From the NCBI GenBank assembly GCA_945898015.1, contig CAMDGM010000017.1:4410-68409 (forward strand): a DNA stretch of 64,000 nucleotides, written 5' to 3'. The notes under the pieces are model-generated. The model worked only from the letters and a program-made list of their open reading frames with translations, had not been told where the DNA came from and ran no database searches. Source of the stretch: PVC group bacterium. Lineage in GTDB: Bacteria > Verrucomicrobiota > Kiritimatiellia > CAIKKV01. Both the position numbers and the translations under genes were made by a program. Every line of letters begins with the position of its first letter. The stretch's first letter is position 1. This document shows, in pieces, positions 9,337-17,557 of the stretch.

Positions 9337-9657
9337 TTAGTGCCCGTCGAAATCGCAGGTAGGGCCCGCGGTTACCGTGCCAAGCGCAATCGTTCCGCCT
9401 TCTTTGCAGGTGGGCATGGTGCCACCCTTGAGATAGGGCGTCAGATCGTCGTTCGCGGGCGTATCGGTGCCGGCCTTGTTGTTTGCCATGGCCCACTGTT
9501 CGGTGGCGTCACGGAGCAGCCGGATGCTATTGGCGCAATCCGTCTTGCGGGATTCCGTACGAATCTTCGCGAAGGAGGGGATGGCAATTGCCGCCAACAG
9601 TCCAATGATGGCTACCACAATCATGATCTCGACCAGTGTGAAACCTCTCTTCTTCAT
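9337..9657 (-). CDS. Type IV pilin / pseudopilin with a prepilin-type N-terminal methylation motif
   Basis: MKKRGFTLVEIMIVVAIIGLLAAIAIPSF: class III signal peptide with a G/F cleavage site and Glu+5. C-terminal Cys pair (TCKEGG...GPTCDF). AAGGAG RBS 6 nt upstream. Confidence 0.9.
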   Translation of the reverse strand: MKKRGFTLVEIMIVVAIIGLLAAIAIPSFAKIRTESRKTDCANSIRLLRDATEQWAMANNKAGTDTPANDDLTPYLKGGTMPTCKEGGTIALGTVTAGPTCDFDGH

Positions 9658-9719
9658 CGCCTTCTCCTTGTTTTGGTTTGGGCAACATTTGCCCGTTTTA
9701 CTTCCACATGAGTTTAATA

Positions 9720-9735
9720 AGCATTCGTCATGCCA
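9720..9735 (-). promoter_or_regulatory. Sigma-54 (-24/-12) promoter upstream of the pilin gene
   Basis: The minus strand reads TGGCATGACGAATGCT. GG and GC are at canonical spacing, with two mismatches to TGGCACG-N4-TTGCW. It lies about 63 nt upstream of the pilin ATG. Confidence 0.7.
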
Positions 9736-9986
9736 ACACGTAACAGGTAATTTGATAAGTGAAACAGGCTTGAATTTTCAAAAGTAAGTTATCAATTTTG
9801 ACTTAGAACTGATGATGTAAAAGAGAATCAGGCTGAAAGATTAGTCATAACAGATTGAAATCAAACAAGAAAAGCATAAAGAAGAATTTTTATAGAATTA
9901 TAGATTGTGACATAGATGAGTATTTCGTAAAATCCTCATAAAGGCAATAATTAGAAAACGACTAATGGATTGTATAAATTGAGAAT

Positions 9987-11360
9987 CTATTGTGGTTCAG
10001 GTAGTTTTCGATAAAGAGTTGCCAGACTGATCTTCAGTTCCTTAGCAGCTTTTTCTTTGTCGCCTGACGATTCGGAAAGAACGTATTTAAGGTATTCCTT
10101 TTCCTTATCCCTGAGAAAAGCCTTCAAGGATTTTCCGCGGAATTGGGTCAGGTTCGGCGTTGTGGATGTGTTTGATGCCCCACCTTGGGGGTAGGCGGAT
10201 ACGATCCTTGAAGGGAGAAGGTCTCGCGTTATTTTCCCATCCAGGCAGAAAGTAAGGGCATGCTTGATGGCGTTTTCAAGTTCGCGAACATTTCCAGGCC
10301 AAGTATATTGTTCCAATATCTGACGGGCCTCCGCGGTGATAATGGGAATAGGTTTTGAATCGCCACATTCCCTCTGAAGGACGTGATGAACCAGGGGGAG
10401 AATATCCTCAATTCGTTCTCGAATAGGTTTGATGGCAATATTGATGACGCTAAGGCGATAGTAGAGGTCTTCGCGGAATTGCGTTTTTGAGATTAGATCT
10501 TCCAAGGGTACGTTTGTGGCCGCGAGTACGCGGACGTCCACCATGACGTTTTCGGTTCCCCCGACGCGGCGGACTTCCTTTTCCTGTAAAACGCGCAGGA
10601 ATTTCGCCTGAAGACTGAGCGGCATGGCGCCGATTTCGTCGAGCAAGAGCGTGCCTCCGTTGGCGGCTTCAAAAAGGCCTTCCTTGTTTGCCGAGGCGCC
10701 CGTGAAGGCTCCTTTCACATAGCCAAACATCTCAGATTCCAGAAGCGTTTCGGGAAGGGCCGCGCAGTTGACGGCCAGGAATTTTTTGTCCTTTCGCCGG
10801 CTGTAGGCGTGAATGGCTTTGGCGACCAGTTCTTTGCCGGTGCCGCTTTCGCCGGTGATCAGGACGGTTGTATCGGTGGGTGCTACCCGTTCGATCATTT
10901 CGCAAACCCGGCGCATGGGTTCGCTTTCGGCCACAATATTCTCAAATTTGTATTTGGCGCCGAGCTGGCTTTTCAGATCGACGTTTTCTTCCATGGTCCG
11001 ATGATATTCTAATGCCCGTTGGACGGTGATTAGCAACTCATCCACCTTAAAAGGCTTGGTGACATAGTCGAAAGCGCCTATTTTCAGGGCTTCCACGGCT
11101 GTATCCACCGATCCGAATCCAGTCATGATCAACACCGACATGGTCGGTTTTTGCTCCTGCGCCATTTTGAGAAGGTCCATCCCGTTGATGGGGCTCATCC
11201 GGATATCCGTGATCATCAAATCGAACGAGTCAGAGGCCAATAACTCGGCGGCTTTAACAGGATTATTAATCGGGGATACGGTGTATCCTTCGGCTTTAAG
11301 AAGCGTGCTTAGTACGCTTAGAATGCTGGGTTCGTCGTCTACCAAGAGTATGCGCGCCAT
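9987..11360 (-). CDS. pilR: Sigma-54-dependent response regulator (NtrC/PilR family enhancer-binding protein)
   Basis: REC domain (ILLVDDEPSI...LMITDIRMSPINGMD...VTKPF). AAA+ Walker A GESGTGKE. Sigma-54 contact loop GAFTGA. C-terminal Fis-type HTH (AAKELKISLATLYRKL). Start taken at MARILLVDD (ATG 11360). Confidence 0.9.
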   Translation of the reverse strand: MARILLVDDEPSILSVLSTLLKAEGYTVSPINNPVKAAELLASDSFDLMITDIRMSPINGMDLLKMAQEQKPTMSVLIMTGFGSVDTAVEALKIGAFDYVTKPFKVDELLITVQRALEYHRTMEENVDLKSQLGAKYKFENIVAESEPMRRVCEMIERVAPTDTTVLITGESGTGKELVAKAIHAYSRRKDKKFLAVNCAALPETLLESEMFGYVKGAFTGASANKEGLFEAANGGTLLLDEIGAMPLSLQAKFLRVLQEKEVRRVGGTENVMVDVRVLAATNVPLEDLISKTQFREDLYYRLSVINIAIKPIRERIEDILPLVHHVLQRECGDSKPIPIITAEARQILEQYTWPGNVRELENAIKHALTFCLDGKITRDLLPSRIVSAYPQGGASNTSTTPNLTQFRGKSLKAFLRDKEKEYLKYVLSESSGDKEKAAKELKISLATLYRKLPEPQ

Positions 11361-11486
11361 AGTCGAGTCCTTCATTTGAACAAGAGAAGGATAAGACATG
11401 GCGAGAGTCAAGTAAAGCGTAATTTCTCATTTTTGCAAGAATGGATGATGGCGCAATGCAGGTGAATGAGCGAGGGTTTATGAAAA

Positions 11487-12656
11487 TTACATTTTTACCG
11501 CTTCGGACATTCTGAATATCGGGAGGAACATACACACCATAATGCCACCCACCATGGTGCCGAGGAATACCATGAGGAAGGGTTCGATCATGGCCGTCAG
11601 GCCTGCGATCATGGTTTGCACCTCGTCTTCATAAAAATCGGCAATGCTATCCATCATTTCGTCCACTTTTCCGGTTTTTTCTCCGGCCGCCAGCATGCGG
11701 ACCAGCATTTTCGGGATTTGGGGTGCCAGGGTTAAGCCGGCCGATAGCGGTTCCCCGCGTTCCACGTAGTCCCGGCCTTTCAGCACGGCTTTTTCAATCA
11801 CCAGGTTTCCGGTGGCGCCGGCGACGATGGAAAGCGCGTCCATGATAGGGACGCCGCTTTTGACCAGTTGCGAGAGAATTCGGGCTAATCGGGCGACGCT
11901 GACTTTCAAGGCCAAGGGACCAAAGACGGGCATCTTGAGAATGAAATGGTCCACCGCCAAACTTCCGGCCGGTGTTTTTTTCCATTTATTGAACAGAAAT
12001 CCGGCGATCAGGACGGCGGGAATCGCAATGGGCGCGGCGCGGCGGAAAGCGTTGCTGACATTGAGAAGGAATTGGGTGGGACCGGGCAGCGTGGCGCCGA
12101 AATCCTTGAACATGTTGGCGAAAATGGGCACGATGAAGGTGATCAGGCCGCCCGTGATGAGCAGGGCGATGCTGAGCACAATAACGGGATAGGTCATGGC
12201 GGATTTGACCTTCCGCTTGAGCTTGGCGCTCTCTTCGATCAGCGTGGCCAACCGGGCGATCGTTTCCGAGAGTGTTCCGCTGGCTTCGCCTCCCCGGAGC
12301 ATGTTGATATACAGGGAGTCGAAAATGGAGGGGTATTTCCCCATCGATTCCGAGAGAGACAACCCGCCTTCGATTCCCTCGCGAACATCGGCGATCAGTC
12401 CGGCAAAGCTTCCGGTTCCGGCTTGTTCCTCGAGTGTTTCCAGACAGGTAACGATCGGCATGCCCGCTGCCAGCATGGCGGCCAGTTGGCGGGAAAACGC
12501 GGGCAAGTCACGTTCGACGATTTTGGCGGCTCCGACTACGCGGCCTTTTTTCGGGCGCGGGGTTTTGGCGGTATCCGAGCCCGGCGAGGGTTTGCGGGCG
12601 GGGGCATTGCGACCGGGTACCGTACCCGGGGTGGGTGCTTTTAACATGGGGCACAT
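11487..12656 (-). CDS. pilC: PilC/GspF-family inner-membrane platform protein
   Basis: Two GspF-type repeats with three TM segments. Position is immediately after the pilB-type ATPase (12-nt gap). The N-terminal roughly 45 aa are basic and Pro-rich, so the exact start is uncertain. Confidence 0.85.
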   Translation of the reverse strand: MCPMLKAPTPGTVPGRNAPARKPSPGSDTAKTPRPKKGRVVGAAKIVERDLPAFSRQLAAMLAAGMPIVTCLETLEEQAGTGSFAGLIADVREGIEGGLSLSESMGKYPSIFDSLYINMLRGGEASGTLSETIARLATLIEESAKLKRKVKSAMTYPVIVLSIALLITGGLITFIVPIFANMFKDFGATLPGPTQFLLNVSNAFRRAAPIAIPAVLIAGFLFNKWKKTPAGSLAVDHFILKMPVFGPLALKVSVARLARILSQLVKSGVPIMDALSIVAGATGNLVIEKAVLKGRDYVERGEPLSAGLTLAPQIPKMLVRMLAAGEKTGKVDEMMDSIADFYEDEVQTMIAGLTAMIEPFLMVFLGTMVGGIMVCMFLPIFRMSEAVKM

Positions 12657-12668
12657 GGCTATTCCTTG

Positions 12669-14375
12669 TTATTCGCCGCCGGTCACTTCCAAGGCGGCCG
12701 TCATCGAGGTGAGGCCGGCCTTGACCTTCATCAAGCCAACAGTTTTCAGCGTCAGCATGCCACATTTTTCTACGGCCAGATCCCGGATTTCGCCGCTGGT
12801 GGCACCCCGGAGAATCAAGGGGCGGATGAGATCGTCCACGGGAAGCACTTCCATGATGGCGCCCCGTCCTTTGTAGCCCTTGCTGCATTTGGGGCATCCT
12901 TGGGCCTCGAAAATCTCGGTGCTGCCGAAGAAAGCCGGGTTGATTTTATTGGCCTCAAACACCAGCGGGTCCAGGATGGCGGGTTTTTTGCAGGCCGGAC
13001 AAAGTTTGCGGTACAGCCGTTGGGCCTGGGCCATGATGAGTGACGAGGCCAGAAGGAAGGGCTTGATGCCCATATCCATCAGACGGGTGCAGGCGCCGGA
13101 GGCGTCATTCGTATGCAGGGTGCTCAGCACCAAATGTCCGGTGAGGGCGGCTTTGACGGCAATTTCCGCGGTTTCGGAATCGCGGATTTCGCCGACCAGC
13201 ACGATGTCGGGATCCTGTCGCAGGACGGACCGCAAGGCGCCGGCGAACGTCAGGCCCACATCGGTGTTGATTTGGACCTGGTTGATGCCTTCAAGCTGGT
13301 ACTCCACCGGATCTTCGCAGGTGATGATGTTCACGTCCGGCTGGTTCATTTCCTGGAGGCAGGAATAGAGCGTGGTGGTTTTTCCGCTGCCGGTGGGGCC
13401 GGTCACCAGGATAATGCCGTGCGGCTGGTTGATCGCGTAGCTCATGGCCTTGAACGCCTGATCATCCAGTCCGAGTGAAGCCAGGTTGGGCATCAGCGAG
13501 GACTTGTCCAGCACGCGCATCACCACTTTTTCGCCATGCACGGTGGGCAGGATGCTGACCCGCAAATCCACCTCTTTGCCCAGGGCCTTGATGGTGAAGC
13601 GGCCGTCCTGCGGAAGACGCCGTTCCGCGATGTTCAGGCTGGCCATGATTTTGATGCGCGAAATGATGGCCGGCTGGTAGCTCTTGGGCGGGCTCGGGCG
13701 TTCGGTCATGGATCCGTCAATCCGGTAACGCAACCGGAGGAGCCGCTCCATGGGCTCGATGTGGATATCGCTCGCCCGGGTCCGAAGCGCCTCCACGAGC
13801 ATCATGTTGACCATGCGGATCACCGGGGCGCCGCCCGCGCTTTCCAGCATCTCTTCGAGGCTGACGTCTTCTTCCTTGGTCTGTCCGACCTCCACCTCGT
13901 TGTCGCTCGCCCGCATCATCACTTCTTCCAGACCGATCGTGGTCTTTGGCTGGCTCGACTTGTTGATCAGGTCCTGGATCTCCTGTTCGCTGGCAACCAG
14001 CGGAACGATATCCAGCCCCATCAGGTCGTGCAGTTCCTCCACGGCCACGATGTCGAACGGATCCCCGAGTGCCAGCGTCAGCGTTTTTCCGGTTTTGGCG
14101 ATGGGGAGCACCAGATGCTGGGAGAGGAAATCCTTGGGCATGGAGTCCATCAAATCGGTGTCTGGCGTGAAGCGGGCGAGCCGGATCGGCCTCATGTTCA
14201 GGTATTCGCCTACGGCCAGTGTCATGACCGGGGCCGACACCAGTTTCTGATCAATCAGGAACTTTTCGAGTCGAACACCTTTGGCCAACGCTTCCCGCTC
14301 GGCTTTTTCCAGTGTTTGAGCGGCAATTGCCTGGCGGCGCAACAAAATGCTGGTCAGTCGGGACACCGTGGCCAT
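12669..14375 (-). CDS. pilB: PilB/GspE-family assembly ATPase
   Basis: Walker A GPTGSGKTT, Walker B/Asp box DPDIVLVGEIRD, His box TGHLVLSTLHTN, and a tetracysteine motif CPACKK...CPKC. Confidence 0.92.
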   Translation of the reverse strand: MATVSRLTSILLRRQAIAAQTLEKAEREALAKGVRLEKFLIDQKLVSAPVMTLAVGEYLNMRPIRLARFTPDTDLMDSMPKDFLSQHLVLPIAKTGKTLTLALGDPFDIVAVEELHDLMGLDIVPLVASEQEIQDLINKSSQPKTTIGLEEVMMRASDNEVEVGQTKEEDVSLEEMLESAGGAPVIRMVNMMLVEALRTRASDIHIEPMERLLRLRYRIDGSMTERPSPPKSYQPAIISRIKIMASLNIAERRLPQDGRFTIKALGKEVDLRVSILPTVHGEKVVMRVLDKSSLMPNLASLGLDDQAFKAMSYAINQPHGIILVTGPTGSGKTTTLYSCLQEMNQPDVNIITCEDPVEYQLEGINQVQINTDVGLTFAGALRSVLRQDPDIVLVGEIRDSETAEIAVKAALTGHLVLSTLHTNDASGACTRLMDMGIKPFLLASSLIMAQAQRLYRKLCPACKKPAILDPLVFEANKINPAFFGSTEIFEAQGCPKCSKGYKGRGAIMEVLPVDDLIRPLILRGATSGEIRDLAVEKCGMLTLKTVGLMKVKAGLTSMTAALEVTGGE

Positions 14376-14413
14376 GACACTCCTCTAGGTGTTGAACAGT
14401 CCTAATTTAAACT

Positions 14414-14429
14414 AGCAGGTTTCGTGCCG
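14414..14429 (-). promoter_or_regulatory. Sigma-54-type (-24/-12) promoter upstream of pilB
   Basis: The minus strand reads CGGCACGAAACCTGCT, with GG-N10-GC spacing and the GGCACG and TGC cores conserved. It lies about 40 nt upstream of the pilB ATG, with an AGAGGA RBS in between. Confidence 0.55.
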
Positions 14430-14443
14430 GGCGTGAATGTTTT

Positions 14444-15901
14444 TTATGGGGTAAAGGCGGCTTTGGGTAAAAAGCTCCGGTAACGTTGGTAGGGGTCTTC
14501 ATATTGGCGCGTGTGGTCCGGGATTGGCGTGAAGGTGTGGCCGGGTTTATAGAGCCCTTCCACGCTGGAGGACAGGGAGGCAAAATCGCCCGCGCCCTTG
14601 GCGGCCAGCATGGCGGCGCCCAGTGTGGCGGCTTCGGTAATCCGGGGGCGTTGCACGGCAAGGCCGGTCACGTCCGCTTGCATTTGAAGCCAGAAGTCGC
14701 TTTTAGCCGCCCCACCGATGGCCCTGATTTGCTCAAGATCATAGCCTTGCGCCCGGATATGTTCGACATTGTCGCGCAGGCTGAAGGCCAGGGATTCGAC
14801 GAGGCTGCGGAACAGGTCGGCCCGCGTGTGGTGCAGGGACAGCCCCCCGAAGAGCCCCCGCACGGCGGCGTTCGGGGAGGGGGAAACCTGTCCGTCGAAA
14901 TGCGGGCAGGCGACCACGCCGTGGCTGCCGATGGGCACGCCGGCCGCCTCGGCGTCCAATTCCTGCAGGCTCCGGTCCGGCGCCAGGTTGCGTTGGAACC
15001 ATTCCAGCGCCACTCCCGCGGTTTTGGAATACGCGAGGACAAAATAGAAACCCGGGATGGGGAAGTCGCCGCCCCAAAGTCCTTTTGGCAGGGACTCCGG
15101 CTTCTGTGGCGTCAGGGTGACCAGGGCCAGGCAGGTGCCGGTGGCCACGGAAAGCAAGCCCGGCCGATAGAGGCCGGCTCCCATGGCGCCGGCATATTGG
15201 TCGTTGGTCCCTGCGACGACCAGGGTGTCGGGCGAAAGCCCCCATTGCGTGGCGGCGGCGGGGGTCACGGTTCCGGCGGCGTACCCCGGCGGGAGAATGT
15301 CGGCCAGGCTGTCCCGGGGGATATTCGCTGCCGCCAGGGTGTCGGCATCATAGGATTCGCCTCCCGTGGTGAGCCCCGTGGAGGCCGCCGTGTGGGGGTC
15401 TGTCACCGCCCGGCCCATTAGGCGGAAGGTCATGTAATCGGGAAGCAGGAGATGACGGTGGGCCCGGCTCATCGATTCGGGGTGATGTTCCCGCAGCCAC
15501 AGGATCTTGGCGGCGCTGGAAATGGCCTGGATTTCGTGGTGGGGCCCGGGACGGGCGGCCCGGGCGAGGGTGAGTGCTTCCGCCTGCCGGCCGGCGCGGC
15601 TGTCGTACCAGAGCAGCGCGGGGTGGAGCGCTTTCCCGGCGGCATCCAGGGAAACAAAGGTTTGTCCCTGGGAGACGATGGAAAGGGCGCGGATGGAGGT
15701 TCCGCTCTTGGCCACGGCGTCCTGAACCGCATCGCGGACGGCGGTTTCGATAATCGAGATCGCAATTTCCGCCCGCCCTTCGCTGGGGGCGTCGGGCTTA
15801 TAGGAGCGCTGGGCGGCCGCCAGAAGGTTCCCGTGCAAGTCGTAGATGCCGGCTTTGGCGCCGGACCCCCCGATGTCGATTCCCAGGTATGCCGTCTTCA
15901 C
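14444..15901 (-). CDS. FGGY-family carbohydrate kinase (xylulokinase/glycerol kinase-like)
   Basis: N-terminal LGIDIGGSGAKAG and C-terminal GGAAKSDFWLQMQADV motifs. Length about 485 aa. Confidence 0.8.
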   Translation of the reverse strand: MKTAYLGIDIGGSGAKAGIYDLHGNLLAAAQRSYKPDAPSEGRAEIAISIIETAVRDAVQDAVAKSGTSIRALSIVSQGQTFVSLDAAGKALHPALLWYDSRAGRQAEALTLARAARPGPHHEIQAISSAAKILWLREHHPESMSRAHRHLLLPDYMTFRLMGRAVTDPHTAASTGLTTGGESYDADTLAAANIPRDSLADILPPGYAAGTVTPAAATQWGLSPDTLVVAGTNDQYAGAMGAGLYRPGLLSVATGTCLALVTLTPQKPESLPKGLWGGDFPIPGFYFVLAYSKTAGVALEWFQRNLAPDRSLQELDAEAAGVPIGSHGVVACPHFDGQVSPSPNAAVRGLFGGLSLHHTRADLFRSLVESLAFSLRDNVEHIRAQGYDLEQIRAIGGAAKSDFWLQMQADVTGLAVQRPRITEAATLGAAMLAAKGAGDFASLSSSVEGLYKPGHTFTPIPDHTRQYEDPYQRYRSFLPKAAFTP

Positions 15902-15948
15902 GAGGTGGTCTCCCTTGTTGTCGTGTCACACCCTGATAGAATCTCGGT

Positions 15949-16371
15949 TCAGCGGCCGTCTGTCAATTCCGGAAGTGCTGACCTGCCGCTTAACCAGTGT
16001 TCCACGACGGGGATGTCCGCCGGCGACCAGGCCAGCGTTCGCAACCGGCGCGGTTCGAACCAGCCGGTTTCCACATGCTCTGTCGGCTTCAGCGCGCCGC
16101 CGGTGCGGCGGCAGACCACCGGAATCAAGGCCAGGTTTAAACCGGGTTCTTCATGGCGCACCGGCGGCCATTCCTCGACCGGGTCGACGTCAAGCCCCAG
16201 TTCTTCCCGGCATTCGCGCACGATGCAGGCCTTTGCGCTTTCGCCGCTTTCCAGCTTTCCGCCGGGCAATTCCCAGAGGCCCGCATTTCGCCGGGACGGC
16301 CCGCGCCGGGCGGCAAAGAGGCGTCCATTTTCGGCGATCACGGCACAGGCGACTTGGATGAGAGGGGGCAC
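15949..16371 (-). CDS. Nudix hydrolase (MutT-like)
   Basis: Full Nudix box GLWELPGGKLESGESAKACIVRECREELGL. Only the C-terminal roughly 140 aa of listed ORF 15949..16875 look real. I propose a GTG start at 16371, downstream of the top6A stop. The start is uncertain. Confidence 0.7.
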   Translation of the reverse strand: MPPLIQVACAVIAENGRLFAARRGPSRRNAGLWELPGGKLESGESAKACIVRECREELGLDVDPVEEWPPVRHEEPGLNLALIPVVCRRTGGALKPTEHVETGWFEPRRLRTLAWSPADIPVVEHWLSGRSALPELTDGR

Positions 16372-16406
16372 CAGTAGGATCCTTTGTAGGCGGGAAGCAG
16401 GCCGAA

Positions 16407-17543
16407 TCAGGGGAGGAAAACGCCTTTTTTCAGCTTGCGGGGGAGATATTCCTCCAGGACGTAATTCAGGCCGTGTTTGGCAAAAGCCTGCTGCTCGATG
16501 CGGACGCCGAGCTTGATCATGAGGTTGAGGGCGTCCTGCCACTCTTTGTGATGGCGGATAAACGGATCGTTTTTCAGCGCATCCTTGGCGCGCTTGATAT
16601 CCGCTTCTTCCAGGGGATGGGTGGCGTCTTCCAGGTGAAATTCCTTGATGTCCCAGGGCGTCACGCCCAGGTAATGCGCCTGAGGCACGCAGAAAAAGCT
16701 GTTGATGTGGGCGGCCTGACCCGAGCCCACCTTGAGCGTGCGGTAGATGTTGCAATAGCCGTAGGGGTCGCCATCGGTGAAGACCAGGACCGGGAGCTTG
16801 CGGTCGTCCGCCAGCCGCCGGATGAAGCGGCGGCAGGCCCGGGTGGGCACGCCGCTCATGGAGATGAGGATGCACTTGGCTTTTTCGTAATAGCGGTGAT
16901 GCACGAGGCGCTGGAAAAGCGAGGCGGTTTCAATCACCAGGATGAAAGCGGCCTTGCTTTCAAAGCGCAGGTGCTCCACGCGGGAGGGGATGCTCCAGGC
17001 GCCCGACCCCAGGCGGGCGCAATCGATCCGGATCGGCGTGCCCCGCACGGAGTCCTGGTCGATGACCACAAGCGGGCCGGTGACGTCGCCGCCGCGCTCT
17101 TCGGGGATATACCCCAGCAGCTCTCGGTTCACCCCCAGCATGGCTTCGATGTCGTCGAGCAGGCTGTCGCTTTCGGGCTGCTCGTCGAACCGGCATTCCC
17201 CCCAGCTCTTGCTATTGTAATATACCTCGCGCTTGCCGGCGATGTCGTTCTTGTCAAGCAGGTCTGTTTTGGTGGTGGCCAGCAGCCGGACCGATTGGGC
17301 GAAGGTCTTGACGGTGTTGGTGCTCAGCGTCCGGGTGGCAGTGCGGCCGAGCATTTCGAAGTGGCCGGCTTTCGGGTCGTACCGTACGTTGGCCAGGGAG
17401 CGGACCGGGAAAACCAGGGATGGCTTTTTCTTCTTCTTGATGTCCTGGGCGATGGCGTCCCCGACCTCGCGGATGCGGGCCGAGGCCTCCTCGCGCGTTT
17501 TGGGCGCGGGCTTGGCGGGGCGGGAGGATCGGCGGGCGGGCAT
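16407..17543 (-). CDS. top6A: DNA topoisomerase VI subunit A (Spo11-type)
   Basis: 5Y-CAP region with GKREVYYNSKSW (catalytic Tyr context). Toprim Glu in ILVIETASLF and the DxD in VFTDGDPYGY. Start taken at MPARRSS (ATG 17543), 15 nt after the top6B stop. Confidence 0.85.
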   Translation of the reverse strand: MPARRSSRPAKPAPKTREEASARIREVGDAIAQDIKKKKKPSLVFPVRSLANVRYDPKAGHFEMLGRTATRTLSTNTVKTFAQSVRLLATTKTDLLDKNDIAGKREVYYNSKSWGECRFDEQPESDSLLDDIEAMLGVNRELLGYIPEERGGDVTGPLVVIDQDSVRGTPIRIDCARLGSGAWSIPSRVEHLRFESKAAFILVIETASLFQRLVHHRYYEKAKCILISMSGVPTRACRRFIRRLADDRKLPVLVFTDGDPYGYCNIYRTLKVGSGQAAHINSFFCVPQAHYLGVTPWDIKEFHLEDATHPLEEADIKRAKDALKNDPFIRHHKEWQDALNLMIKLGVRIEQQAFAKHGLNYVLEEYLPRKLKKGVFLP

Positions 17544-17557
17544 GGGGCGTCCTTTCT

